A stretch of 59,914 nucleotides of DNA, from the NCBI GenBank assembly GCA_946534105.1, contig CAMNCG010000001.1:1-59914 (forward strand), in the 5' to 3' direction. This DNA is from an uncultured Verrucomicrobiota bacterium (GTDB taxonomy: Bacteria > Verrucomicrobiota > Kiritimatiellia > RFP12 > UBA3636). Shown piece by piece: positions 8,437 through 16,090 of this stretch. The translations under genes were made by a program, and so were the position numbers. The notes below the pieces were generated by a model. The model was not told the origin of the DNA, did no database searches, and saw nothing but the letters and a program-made list of their open reading frames with translations. Every line of letters starts with the position of its first letter. Positions within the stretch are counted from its first letter, which is position 1.

Positions 8437-9693
8437 ATGAAATCCGACAACCGCTACGCCTCCGCGAAGGCTCTCTACGCCTCGCTTGGAGTCGACACCG
8501 AAAAAGCGATCGAAACACTCGAAAAGTTCCACGTCTCCATGCACTGCTGGCAGGGCGACGACGTGATCGGCTTTGATCACGACGGAGCGCTCTCCGGCGG
8601 CATCCAGACGACCGGCAACTACCCGGGCCGAGCCCGCAACCCGAAGGAGCTCATGGCCGACATCGAGAAGGCCCTTTCGCTCATTCCCGGCACGCACCGC
8701 CTCAACCTCCACGCCAACTACGCCATCTTCGGCAAGGACGGATTCGTGGACCGCGACGCGCTGGAGCCGCGCCACTTCGCGCCGTGGGTGAAGTTCGCGA
8801 AGAAGCTCGGACTGGAAGGTCTCGATTTCAATCCCACCTACTTCTCCCACCCGTTCGCCGCTTCGGGCCGCACGCTTTCCTCGGAAGACGAAAAGATCCG
8901 GACATTCTGGGTCCGTCACACAATCGCGTGCCTCCGCATCGCCGAATCCTTCGCGAGGCAGATGGGAACCCCCTCGGCCCTCAACATCTGGATTCCCGAC
9001 GGGCTCAAGGACATTCCCGCCGACCGCACGACGCCGCGCGCGGTTTACAAGAAGTCGCTCGACGAAATCTTCGCGACGGACTACGACCGCTCGCTCGTCG
9101 AAGTGACGATCGAGAGCAAGCTCTTCGGAATCGGAATGGAGAGCTACACCGTCGGCTCGCACGAGTTCTACATGAACTACGCCGCGAAGAACAACCTTCT
9201 GTGCCTCCTCGACAGCGGCCACTTCCACCTCAGCGAAAACGTCGCGGACAAGATTTCCGCGATGCTGCTCTTCTCCGACAAGATCGCGTTCCACGTCTCG
9301 CGCCCGGTGCGCTGGGATTCGGACCACGTCCTGCGGCAGGACGACATGCTCTTCGACATCGCCCGCGAGATTGCCCTCGCCGGCCCGGACCGCGTGATCC
9401 TCGCGCTCGACTACTTCGACGCCTCGATCAACCGCGTCGCGGCGTGGGTGATCGGCATGCGCAACATGCTCAAGACGCTCCTCGCCGCGCTCCTGCAGCC
9501 CAACGCGAGGATGGCGAAACTCCAGTCCGAAGGCAAGTTCACCGAACTCCTGATGTTGCAGGAGGAGATCAAGAACTACCCGGTCGGAGACGTCTGGGCC
9601 GAATGGTGCGCCCGGAAGGGGCTCCCCGCCCGCGAAGACTGGTTCGTCGCGGTCGAGGACTACGAGAAGAAGGTCCTGAACAAGCGCAAATAG
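8437..9693 (+). CDS. rhaA: L-rhamnose isomerase
   Basis: It matches my recollection of E. coli RhaA along the full length. Examples are SMHCWQGDDV.GF, GGIQ.TGNYPG.ARN, LNLHA, ESKLFGIG.ESYTVGS.EFYM, GHFH, HVSRPVRWDSDHV and FFDASINR.AAWVIG.RN. The start is set at the ATG at 8437, giving 418 aa. Confidence 0.9.
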   Translation: MKSDNRYASAKALYASLGVDTEKAIETLEKFHVSMHCWQGDDVIGFDHDGALSGGIQTTGNYPGRARNPKELMADIEKALSLIPGTHRLNLHANYAIFGKDGFVDRDALEPRHFAPWVKFAKKLGLEGLDFNPTYFSHPFAASGRTLSSEDEKIRTFWVRHTIACLRIAESFARQMGTPSALNIWIPDGLKDIPADRTTPRAVYKKSLDEIFATDYDRSLVEVTIESKLFGIGMESYTVGSHEFYMNYAAKNNLLCLLDSGHFHLSENVADKISAMLLFSDKIAFHVSRPVRWDSDHVLRQDDMLFDIAREIALAGPDRVILALDYFDASINRVAAWVIGMRNMLKTLLAALLQPNARMAKLQSEGKFTELLMLQEEIKNYPVGDVWAEWCARKGLPAREDWFVAVEDYEKKVLNKRK

Positions 9694-9705
9694 GCGCGGA
9701 GTCCC

Positions 9706-10458
9706 GTGACGGCGGATGCGCTGGAACGCCTTCTCGGCGACGTGAAAAGCGGTGCGACGACGGTGGAGCAAGCCGTGGCCGCGCTCCGTCGCGCTCCGTT
9801 CGAGGACCTCGGTTTCGCGAAGATCGACCACCACCGCGCTCTCCGGCAGGGCGCGGCGGAAGTCGTGTACGGTGCCGGCAAAACGCCGGAGCAGCTCTGC
9901 GCGATCGTCCGCCGCCTCCGCAAAAGCGGGACGCGGACGGTTCTCGCGACGCGCCTCGGACCTGAAGCCTCGGCGGCGCTTCTCGCGAACGAGCCGGATG
10001 TCGATTTCGACCCGACCAGCCGTCTCGCCGTCGTCGGGGAAAGACCGAAGCCGGACGGACGCGGCGAAATCTGCGTCTGCTGCGCCGGCACGAGCGATCT
10101 GCCCGTCGCCGAGGAGGCGGCGCGCACGGCGGAGGCGCTCGGAAATCAAGTCGTGCGCCTGTTCGACGTTGGAGTCGCCGGACTGCACCGCCTTCTCGCG
10201 CACCTCGAAGAACTCCAGCGCGCCCGCGTTGTCATCGCGATTGCCGGCATGGAAGGAGCGCTCGCGAGCGTCGTGGGCGGCCTCGTCGCCGCCCCGGTCC
10301 TCGCCGTCCCGACGAGCGTCGGATACGGTGCGTCCTTCGGCGGCGTGTCCGCCCTGCTTTCCATGCTGAACAGCTGCGCGTCCGGCGTCGCCGTTCTGAA
10401 CATCGACAACGGCTTCGGCGCCGGCTTCCTCGCCTCCCGGATCAACCACCTCCCATGA
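9706..10458 (+). CDS. larB: nickel-pincer cofactor biosynthesis protein LarB (AIR-carboxylase-like)
   Basis: GTG start. The protein has the D.HR..R....EVV.G.GKT pattern and a PurE-like C-terminal half (CCAGTSDLPVAEEA, AGMEGALASVVGGL, VPTSVGYG). It overlaps larC by 4 nt. Confidence 0.8.
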   Translation: MTADALERLLGDVKSGATTVEQAVAALRRAPFEDLGFAKIDHHRALRQGAAEVVYGAGKTPEQLCAIVRRLRKSGTRTVLATRLGPEASAALLANEPDVDFDPTSRLAVVGERPKPDGRGEICVCCAGTSDLPVAEEAARTAEALGNQVVRLFDVGVAGLHRLLAHLEELQRARVVIAIAGMEGALASVVGGLVAAPVLAVPTSVGYGASFGGVSALLSMLNSCASGVAVLNIDNGFGAGFLASRINHLP

Positions 10459-11660
10459 CCATCCTTTTTCTCCAACTCGAATCGGGCGCGGCCGGCGACA
10501 TGCTCGCCGCCGCGATGCTTGGCCTCGTCCCCGATCCGGAAGCCTCGCTTGCGCGTCTGCGTAGCCTCGTGCCGCCGGGAATCGAACTGACGCTCCGCGA
10601 CGGCTTGCGCGGTGGTCTCGCCGGAAATCTCTTCGGCGTCACGGCAAATGGCCAAACCGAATGCTCCGCAGACGACCACGGACACGGACATGGCCACGAC
10701 CATGACCACGATCACGACCATGACCACGGACACCATCATGCCTCACTCGCGGACGTGCGAGCGCACATTCTCGCACTTCCGCTTGAAGAGCGCGTGAGGG
10801 AAAACGCTCTTGCGGTGTTCGATTCCATCGCGAAGGCGGAATCGAAGGCGCACGGCCGTCCGGTCGATCAAATCCACTTCCACGAAGTCGGCACGCTCGA
10901 CGCGATCGCGGACGTCATCTGCGTCTGCGCACTGGTGGCCGAACTCGCACCGGACCGGATCGTCGCGACGCCTCCAAACGTCGGCGGCGGCACGGTCCGA
11001 TGCGCGCACGGTGTGCTTCCCGTCCCCGCGCCCGCCACCGCCTACCTTCTCGAAGGCCTTCCGTGGCACGGCGACGATCCCTCGACCGGGGAGCTTCTCA
11101 CACCGACGGGCGCGGCGCTGCTGCGCCACTTCGTCGCGCACTGGGGGCCGCAGCCCGCGGCGCGCTGGCTCCGCACCGGCATCGGTCTTGGCCACCGCGA
11201 CACCCCCGGACGATCCAACGCGGTGCGCGCCTTCGTCGGGGACGCCCTCCCCTCCCCTGCCGCCCAGCCCTTCCCGGGCGGCCCCAACGGACGCGTCGCC
11301 GAACTGCTCTGCAACCTCGACGACATGACCGGCGAAGCGCTCGGCCGCGCCTGTGAACGCCTGCGAGCCGTGCCTGGCGTCCTCGACGCGGCGCTTTCGC
11401 CGCTCCAGATGAAAAAGAACCGGCCCGGGCACCTCCTCCGCGTCCTTGCGACGCCGGAATCGGCCGACGCCGCGGCCGCCGCGATTCTGCGCGAAACCTC
11501 CACGTTCGGCGTCCGGCGCGCAGACCTCGCTCGCTACGAGCTCGACCGCCGCTTCGAAGAACGCCCCGCTCCCGGCGGAAGCCGCGCGGTCCGCTGGAAA
11601 CGCGGAACCGGCTATGGCGTCGACAAGGCCAAGCCGGAATTCGAATCGATGTTCGAGTGA
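10455..11660 (+). CDS. larC: nickel insertion protein LarC
   Basis: The N-terminus G.AGDM and the motifs HFHEVG..D.I.D and LTPTGAAL match the family. An internal His/Asp-rich metal-binding tract is present. The gene is coupled to larB. Confidence 0.8.
   Translation: MTILFLQLESGAAGDMLAAAMLGLVPDPEASLARLRSLVPPGIELTLRDGLRGGLAGNLFGVTANGQTECSADDHGHGHGHDHDHDHDHDHGHHHASLADVRAHILALPLEERVRENALAVFDSIAKAESKAHGRPVDQIHFHEVGTLDAIADVICVCALVAELAPDRIVATPPNVGGGTVRCAHGVLPVPAPATAYLLEGLPWHGDDPSTGELLTPTGAALLRHFVAHWGPQPAARWLRTGIGLGHRDTPGRSNAVRAFVGDALPSPAAQPFPGGPNGRVAELLCNLDDMTGEALGRACERLRAVPGVLDAALSPLQMKKNRPGHLLRVLATPESADAAAAAILRETSTFGVRRADLARYELDRRFEERPAPGGSRAVRWKRGTGYGVDKAKPEFESMFE
10671..10739 (+). repeat. coding His/Asp dipeptide tract inside larC
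   Basis: The tract encodes DDHGHGHGHDHDHDHDHDHGHHH. It is built from CAC/GAC/CAT/GGA codon repeats. Confidence 0.9.
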
Positions 11661-11675
11661 GCGGCCAACCTCCGC

Positions 11676-12398
11676 CTACGCGAGGACGGAGAGGGGAAGA
11701 AGACGCGACGCAAGTTCCGCACGGGGCAGTGCGCGGAGAGCCTCCAGGGAAACGGCGTCCCCCACGTTGAACTTTCCGGAGCGGATGCGGCGGAGCGCCG
11801 CAAGGTGTCCGCCGCATCCGAGCGCTTCGCCGATATCGTTGCAGAGCGTGCGCACGTACGTGCCCTTCGTGCAGGAAACGGTGAACCGGGAGTCCGGAAT
11901 GCCGAATTCGTCGATCCGAAGCGAATAGACATGCACGAGGCGCGGGTCGCGAACGACCTCCTCGCCCTTGCGGGCCATTTTGTAGAGGGGGACGCCGCCG
12001 ACCTTGATCGCGGAAACCATTGGCGGAATCTGGAAAAGGTCGCCGGTGAAATCGGAACGGATGACGGATTCGAGCGCCTCGCGCGTGACGCCGGACGGAT
12101 CGGAGCCGCCGGTGCGCTCGCCCTCGGCGTCCTGGGTGCTGGTGCTCGCGCCAAGGCGGAGCACACCCTCGTAGACCTTGTCGCCGCCCATCACGGCCTG
12201 CGAGGCGCGGGTGGCCTTGCCGACGAGGATCGCGAGCAGACCGGTCGCCTGCGGATCGAGCGTTCCGCCGTGGCCCACCTTCTTGAGCTTGAACATGCGC
12301 CGCACGGCGACAACGACATCGCTCGACGTGACGCCGGCCGGCTTGTCGACGAGAAGGACCCCGTCGGGGTCCGGAAGGGAATCGACGTTGAAACGCAT
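11676..12398 (-). CDS. truB: tRNA pseudouridine(55) synthase
   Basis: The catalytic segment KVGHGGTLDP is present, preceded by LLVDKP.G.TS and followed by Y....LG..T...D, IPP..SA.K..G..LY and TYVR.L..D.G. Confidence 0.9.
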   Translation of the reverse strand: MRFNVDSLPDPDGVLLVDKPAGVTSSDVVVAVRRMFKLKKVGHGGTLDPQATGLLAILVGKATRASQAVMGGDKVYEGVLRLGASTSTQDAEGERTGGSDPSGVTREALESVIRSDFTGDLFQIPPMVSAIKVGGVPLYKMARKGEEVVRDPRLVHVYSLRIDEFGIPDSRFTVSCTKGTYVRTLCNDIGEALGCGGHLAALRRIRSGKFNVGDAVSLEALRALPRAELASRLLPLSVLA

Positions 12399-12401
12399 CG
12401 C

Positions 12402-13109
12402 CTACTGCTCTTCCGGGGCCGCGTTCTCGAGATCGTCGTTCTCGGGATTCCACTGGAATCCGCCGAAATTGTCCGTCGCGGAAAGTCCGTCGCGCCAGAC
12501 CGCGGCGCGGCGGAAAGCGGCGGCGTGACCGTCGGCGAACGCGAAGCAGACGCTGCCCGAATGGCGGAACGCGGACGATCCGTTTTTGGTTCTTCCGAGG
12601 GTCGAGAGATCAACGCCGGACTTTCCGCCGGTCGGCGTCTCGGAAAACACGACGAACCGGTCGGGGTTCTTGATCTGGTGCTGGTGTGTGGCGCCCTTGG
12701 TTCTGGAAACGTGGGTGTTGAACGTGTAGCTGGAGTAGTAGTCGCCGTGGTCGGTGCCGTCGCCGACGTCCGCCGGGCAGAGGAACATGCTCTTCTTTCC
12801 TCCGCCGGGAAACGCCACCGATTCGGACATCGGCGCCTGGTCGACGTAGGGAGGAAGTTCTTCGTACCAGAGCTTCGAGTTGCCCTGCCAGTTCGGGAAC
12901 TTGCCGCGGTTCTCGTCGAGGTACAGGTTGAGCGCAAGCCCCCACTGGCGAAGATTGTTGAGACAGCTGGTGCGCTGCGCCCTCGCTCGCACGGAACCGG
13001 CGAGAGGAAACATGAGACCGGCGAGAATGGCGATGACGGCGACGACGAACAGCATTTCGATGAGCGAGAAGCCGGTCCTCGAGACGGCGCGGGGAGTTTC
13101 GTTTTCCAT
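12402..13109 (-). CDS. prepilin-type N-terminal cleavage/methylation domain protein with H-X9-DG tail (DUF1559-like)
   Basis: The prepilin leader and hydrophobic helix GFSLIEMLFVVAVIAILAGL are present. The C-terminal HSGSVCFAFADGH fits the H-X9-DG motif. Confidence 0.8.
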   Translation of the reverse strand: MENETPRAVSRTGFSLIEMLFVVAVIAILAGLMFPLAGSVRARAQRTSCLNNLRQWGLALNLYLDENRGKFPNWQGNSKLWYEELPPYVDQAPMSESVAFPGGGKKSMFLCPADVGDGTDHGDYYSSYTFNTHVSRTKGATHQHQIKNPDRFVVFSETPTGGKSGVDLSTLGRTKNGSSAFRHSGSVCFAFADGHAAAFRRAAVWRDGLSATDNFGGFQWNPENDDLENAAPEEQ

Positions 13110-13157
13110 GGCGGTGGTTCTTTCGATTCGTTGTTTTCCGTTGGACGTCCGTTTCGT

Positions 13158-14588
13158 TCAGTTCCCGTTCCAGCAGCGGGTGCAGAGCCCGCAGCCGCGG
13201 GGCTCCGCGCCGCCGTCCGCGTCTCCGCGGACGGCGGCGAGAAGGTCCGGAAGGCGCTGGAACGCGAGCGACGTGAGCCCGAGGCGCTCGCGGATGCAGT
13301 CGACGAGCTTGCGGTACGGGGCGCCGTCCGGATCGAGGTAGCGAGAAACGTCGGCGTCCTCGCCGTCGAGATCGCGGATCACGCGGCGCGTGATGAGGTC
13401 CATGACGCTCTTGGAACGCGAAAAGTTAATGAAGGGACACGCGTAGAGCAGCGGCGGGCACGCGATGCGCACGTGGACCTCCTTCGCCCCGATGTCAAAA
13501 AGCCGCTTCGCCTGGTCACGGAGCTGGGTGCCGCGGACGATCGAATCGTCGCACAGGACGATGCGGCGGCCCTTCACGAGTTCCGGGATCGGGATGAGCT
13601 TCATCTGCGCGATGTGCTGGCGCTCCACCTGGTTCGACGGCATGAACGAACGCGGCCACGTGGGCGTGTACTTCACGTACGGACGGGCGTAGCGGATGCC
13701 GGAAGCGTCGGAATAGCCGAGCGCGTGGCCGATGCCGGAATCCGGGACGCCGGCCACGATGTCGGCGTCCGCCGGGGCCGACTTGGCGAGCGCAGCCCCG
13801 CACCGGTAGCGGGCGCGCTCCACGTTGAAGCCGCCGTAGGACGCCGCCGGATAACCGTAGTAGACGTGCAGGAACGTGCAAAGACGCTCTTCCGAGCGCG
13901 GCGGCACCACGGTCGAGGCGCCGTCCGGCGTGATCCGGACGACTTCCCCGGGACCGAGATCGCGCACCGGCGCGTAGCCGAGATTCGGAAACGCGGACGA
14001 TTCGAACGTCGCCGCCATGCCGCTTTCCTTGCGGCCGAGGACGACCGGCGTTCGCCCGTACCGGTCCCGCATCGCCCAGAGCACGCTGTCCGGCGCGAGC
14101 AGGAGAATCGAAATCGAGCCCTCGACCGTCTCCTGGACGTACTTCAGTCCGTCGGCGATCGAATTCTGCGTGTTGATCAGGGCCGCGACGATTTCCGTCT
14201 GCATGATTTCGCCGGACTGGAGCGACGAAAAGTGCGCGGCGTGCTTCTTCACCAGCCCCTCCACGAGCGCGGACGCATTCGCCACAAGGCCGACCGTGAC
14301 GATGGAATAGCGCCCAAGGTGCGAAAGGAAAATGTGCGGCTGATCGTCGGTGTCGCTGATGCAGCCGATGCCGGCCCGCGGATCAAGCGAATGGTACTTG
14401 GCGAAATCGTCCCCGAACCGGGTGCGGAACGGGGAATTGGAGATGTCGTGGATCGTCCGGTGGAAAACCCCGCCGGCCCAGAAGGCCATTCCCCCGCGAT
14501 GCGTGCCCAGATGGGAATGGTAGTCGGTACCGTAGAAAACGTCAGCCGCACAGTTTTCGCGCGAAACCGCGCCGAAGAAGCCGCCCAT
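13158..14588 (-). CDS. amidophosphoribosyltransferase-like protein (Ntn-type amidotransferase plus PRTase domains), lacking the N-terminal Cys
   Basis: The PRTase P-loop region is VLCDDSIVRGTQ. The Ntn-like N-terminal half is present, but the protein begins MGGFFG rather than MCG. Confidence 0.75.
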   Translation of the reverse strand: MGGFFGAVSRENCAADVFYGTDYHSHLGTHRGGMAFWAGGVFHRTIHDISNSPFRTRFGDDFAKYHSLDPRAGIGCISDTDDQPHIFLSHLGRYSIVTVGLVANASALVEGLVKKHAAHFSSLQSGEIMQTEIVAALINTQNSIADGLKYVQETVEGSISILLLAPDSVLWAMRDRYGRTPVVLGRKESGMAATFESSAFPNLGYAPVRDLGPGEVVRITPDGASTVVPPRSEERLCTFLHVYYGYPAASYGGFNVERARYRCGAALAKSAPADADIVAGVPDSGIGHALGYSDASGIRYARPYVKYTPTWPRSFMPSNQVERQHIAQMKLIPIPELVKGRRIVLCDDSIVRGTQLRDQAKRLFDIGAKEVHVRIACPPLLYACPFINFSRSKSVMDLITRRVIRDLDGEDADVSRYLDPDGAPYRKLVDCIRERLGLTSLAFQRLPDLLAAVRGDADGGAEPRGCGLCTRCWNGN

Positions 14589-14670
14589 GAGAGATGTCCG
14601 TCGATTCGTGCCCCAAAGCGGTGGCGGAGTCTACCAGAAAACCGACGCCGTGTCCAAGGAAAGCGCACGT

Positions 14671-14699
14671 TTGCGAAGATCGTCCGAAAGATGTATGAT
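14671..14699 (+). promoter_or_regulatory. sigma70-like promoter for the glycosyltransferase gene
   Basis: TTGCGA (14671-14676), a 17-nt spacer, then TATGAT (14694-14699). Only 8 nt separate the -10 box from the ATG at 14708. Confidence 0.35.
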
Positions 14700-14707
14700 C
14701 ATGCGAC

Positions 14708-16039
14708 ATGACAATCCTCGTGGTCCACAACCGGTACCGAATCAGGGGAGGCGAAGACAGCGTCTACGAATCGGAATGCGCGATGCTCGAAAACGCGGGT
14801 CATCGCGTCGTGCGCTATGAAAAGTCGAACGCCGACCTTTGCGAAAACGGACTCCTCCGGAAGATCGCGCTGGCGGCGCGCACGATCTGGAACCCGGCGA
14901 CGGTCCGGGACATCAGGGCGCTGATCCGCGCCGAGAAACCGGACGTCGTGCACTGCCACAACACGTTTCCGGTGATTTCCCCGTCGGTGTACTGGGCCGC
15001 GTCCGCGGAGGGCGTCCCGGTCGTGCAGACGCTCCACAACTACCGCCTCGCCTGCCTCAACGGCTACCTGTTCCGGGACGGCGCCGTCTGCGAGGACTGC
15101 CTCGGACGCGCCCCGTGGCGCGGCGTCCGCCGCGCGTGCTACCGCTCTTCGCGCCTCCAGTCCGCGGCCGTCGCGGCGATGCTGCTCGTCCACCGCGCGC
15201 TCGGCACGTACCGCCGCAAGGTTTCGCTCTACGTGGCGCTCACGGACTTCGCGAGGGGCAAGTTCGCCGTCGCGGGGCTCCCGCTCCGCAAGATCGCCGT
15301 CAAGCCCAACGCGCTCGACGCCAAGCGTTCGGCAACCATGGGACCGCCGGGCGGCGAAAAAGACGCCGCGCTCCGCATCGTCTACATCGGTCGGCTCTCA
15401 CGGGAAAAGGGCGTGGAAGTCCTCCTCCAGGCCTGGGCGATTCTGTTCGGGAGCATCCAACCGCGAACCGAACACGCAGGACCTCTTCCGACTGCGAAAA
15501 ATGCGCTCGCGAACGAACCAAGCCTAACACCCTCGGCGGACTGCGTGATCATCGGGGACGGACCCGAACGCGAGAACCTCGAACGGCTTTCCGCCTCCCT
15601 TGGCATCTCCTCTTCCCTGCATTTTCTCGGCTCCATTCCCCGCCCCGAGGCGCTCGACGAACTCGCCGCATCGAGTCTGCTGGTGTTGCCGTCCAAGTGC
15701 TATGAGCAATTTTCCACGACCATTCTGGAGTCGATGCGTGCGGGCATCCCCGCGTTGGTGTCGGATTGCGTCGTAAACTCCACGCTCCTCCGAGACGGCG
15801 TCACCGGGCGGTTTTTCGAATCCGGGAATCCGGACTCCCTCGCCAACGCGCTCCGCGAACTGCTCTCCGATCCGGAAACGTTGCGAAAAATGGGCGAGGC
15901 GGCCCGCGAGGCGTTCGAACGATCCGACTGCGTTCCGGAGCGCAACCTCGCAAAACTCCTCGATGCGTACCGGACAAGCCGCGAACGGGCCGCCGCCCCG
16001 GCCGCCCGGGGCGAATCGGCCTCGCACGCGGTTGATTGA
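14708..16039 (+). CDS. glycosyltransferase, GT4 (GT-B fold) family
   Basis: The N-terminus ILVVHNRYRIRGGED and the C-terminal E-X7-E-like region (PSKCYEQFSTTILESMRAGIP) are typical of GT4 enzymes. Confidence 0.8.
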   Translation: MTILVVHNRYRIRGGEDSVYESECAMLENAGHRVVRYEKSNADLCENGLLRKIALAARTIWNPATVRDIRALIRAEKPDVVHCHNTFPVISPSVYWAASAEGVPVVQTLHNYRLACLNGYLFRDGAVCEDCLGRAPWRGVRRACYRSSRLQSAAVAAMLLVHRALGTYRRKVSLYVALTDFARGKFAVAGLPLRKIAVKPNALDAKRSATMGPPGGEKDAALRIVYIGRLSREKGVEVLLQAWAILFGSIQPRTEHAGPLPTAKNALANEPSLTPSADCVIIGDGPERENLERLSASLGISSSLHFLGSIPRPEALDELAASSLLVLPSKCYEQFSTTILESMRAGIPALVSDCVVNSTLLRDGVTGRFFESGNPDSLANALRELLSDPETLRKMGEAAREAFERSDCVPERNLAKLLDAYRTSRERAAAPAARGESASHAVD

Positions 16040-16090
16040 ACGGGCAGGAAAAATTTGCGGAAAACGGCACCTCTTCCGTCGCAACCCGAA

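Noticed and set aside
7423-10449. Very long antisense ORFs in the track. Examples: 7423..10449 (1008 aa), 11805..14711 (968 aa), 15524..17602, 16036..19479 (1147 aa), 35277..38138 (953 aa), 41186..43645 (819 aa), 57207..59843 (878 aa).
   Set aside because: They run opposite to, or out of frame with, genes that have unmistakable family motifs. Their translations are Arg/Gly/Ala/Pro-rich low-complexity strings. Stop-poor shadow frames of this kind are expected at about 70% G+C.
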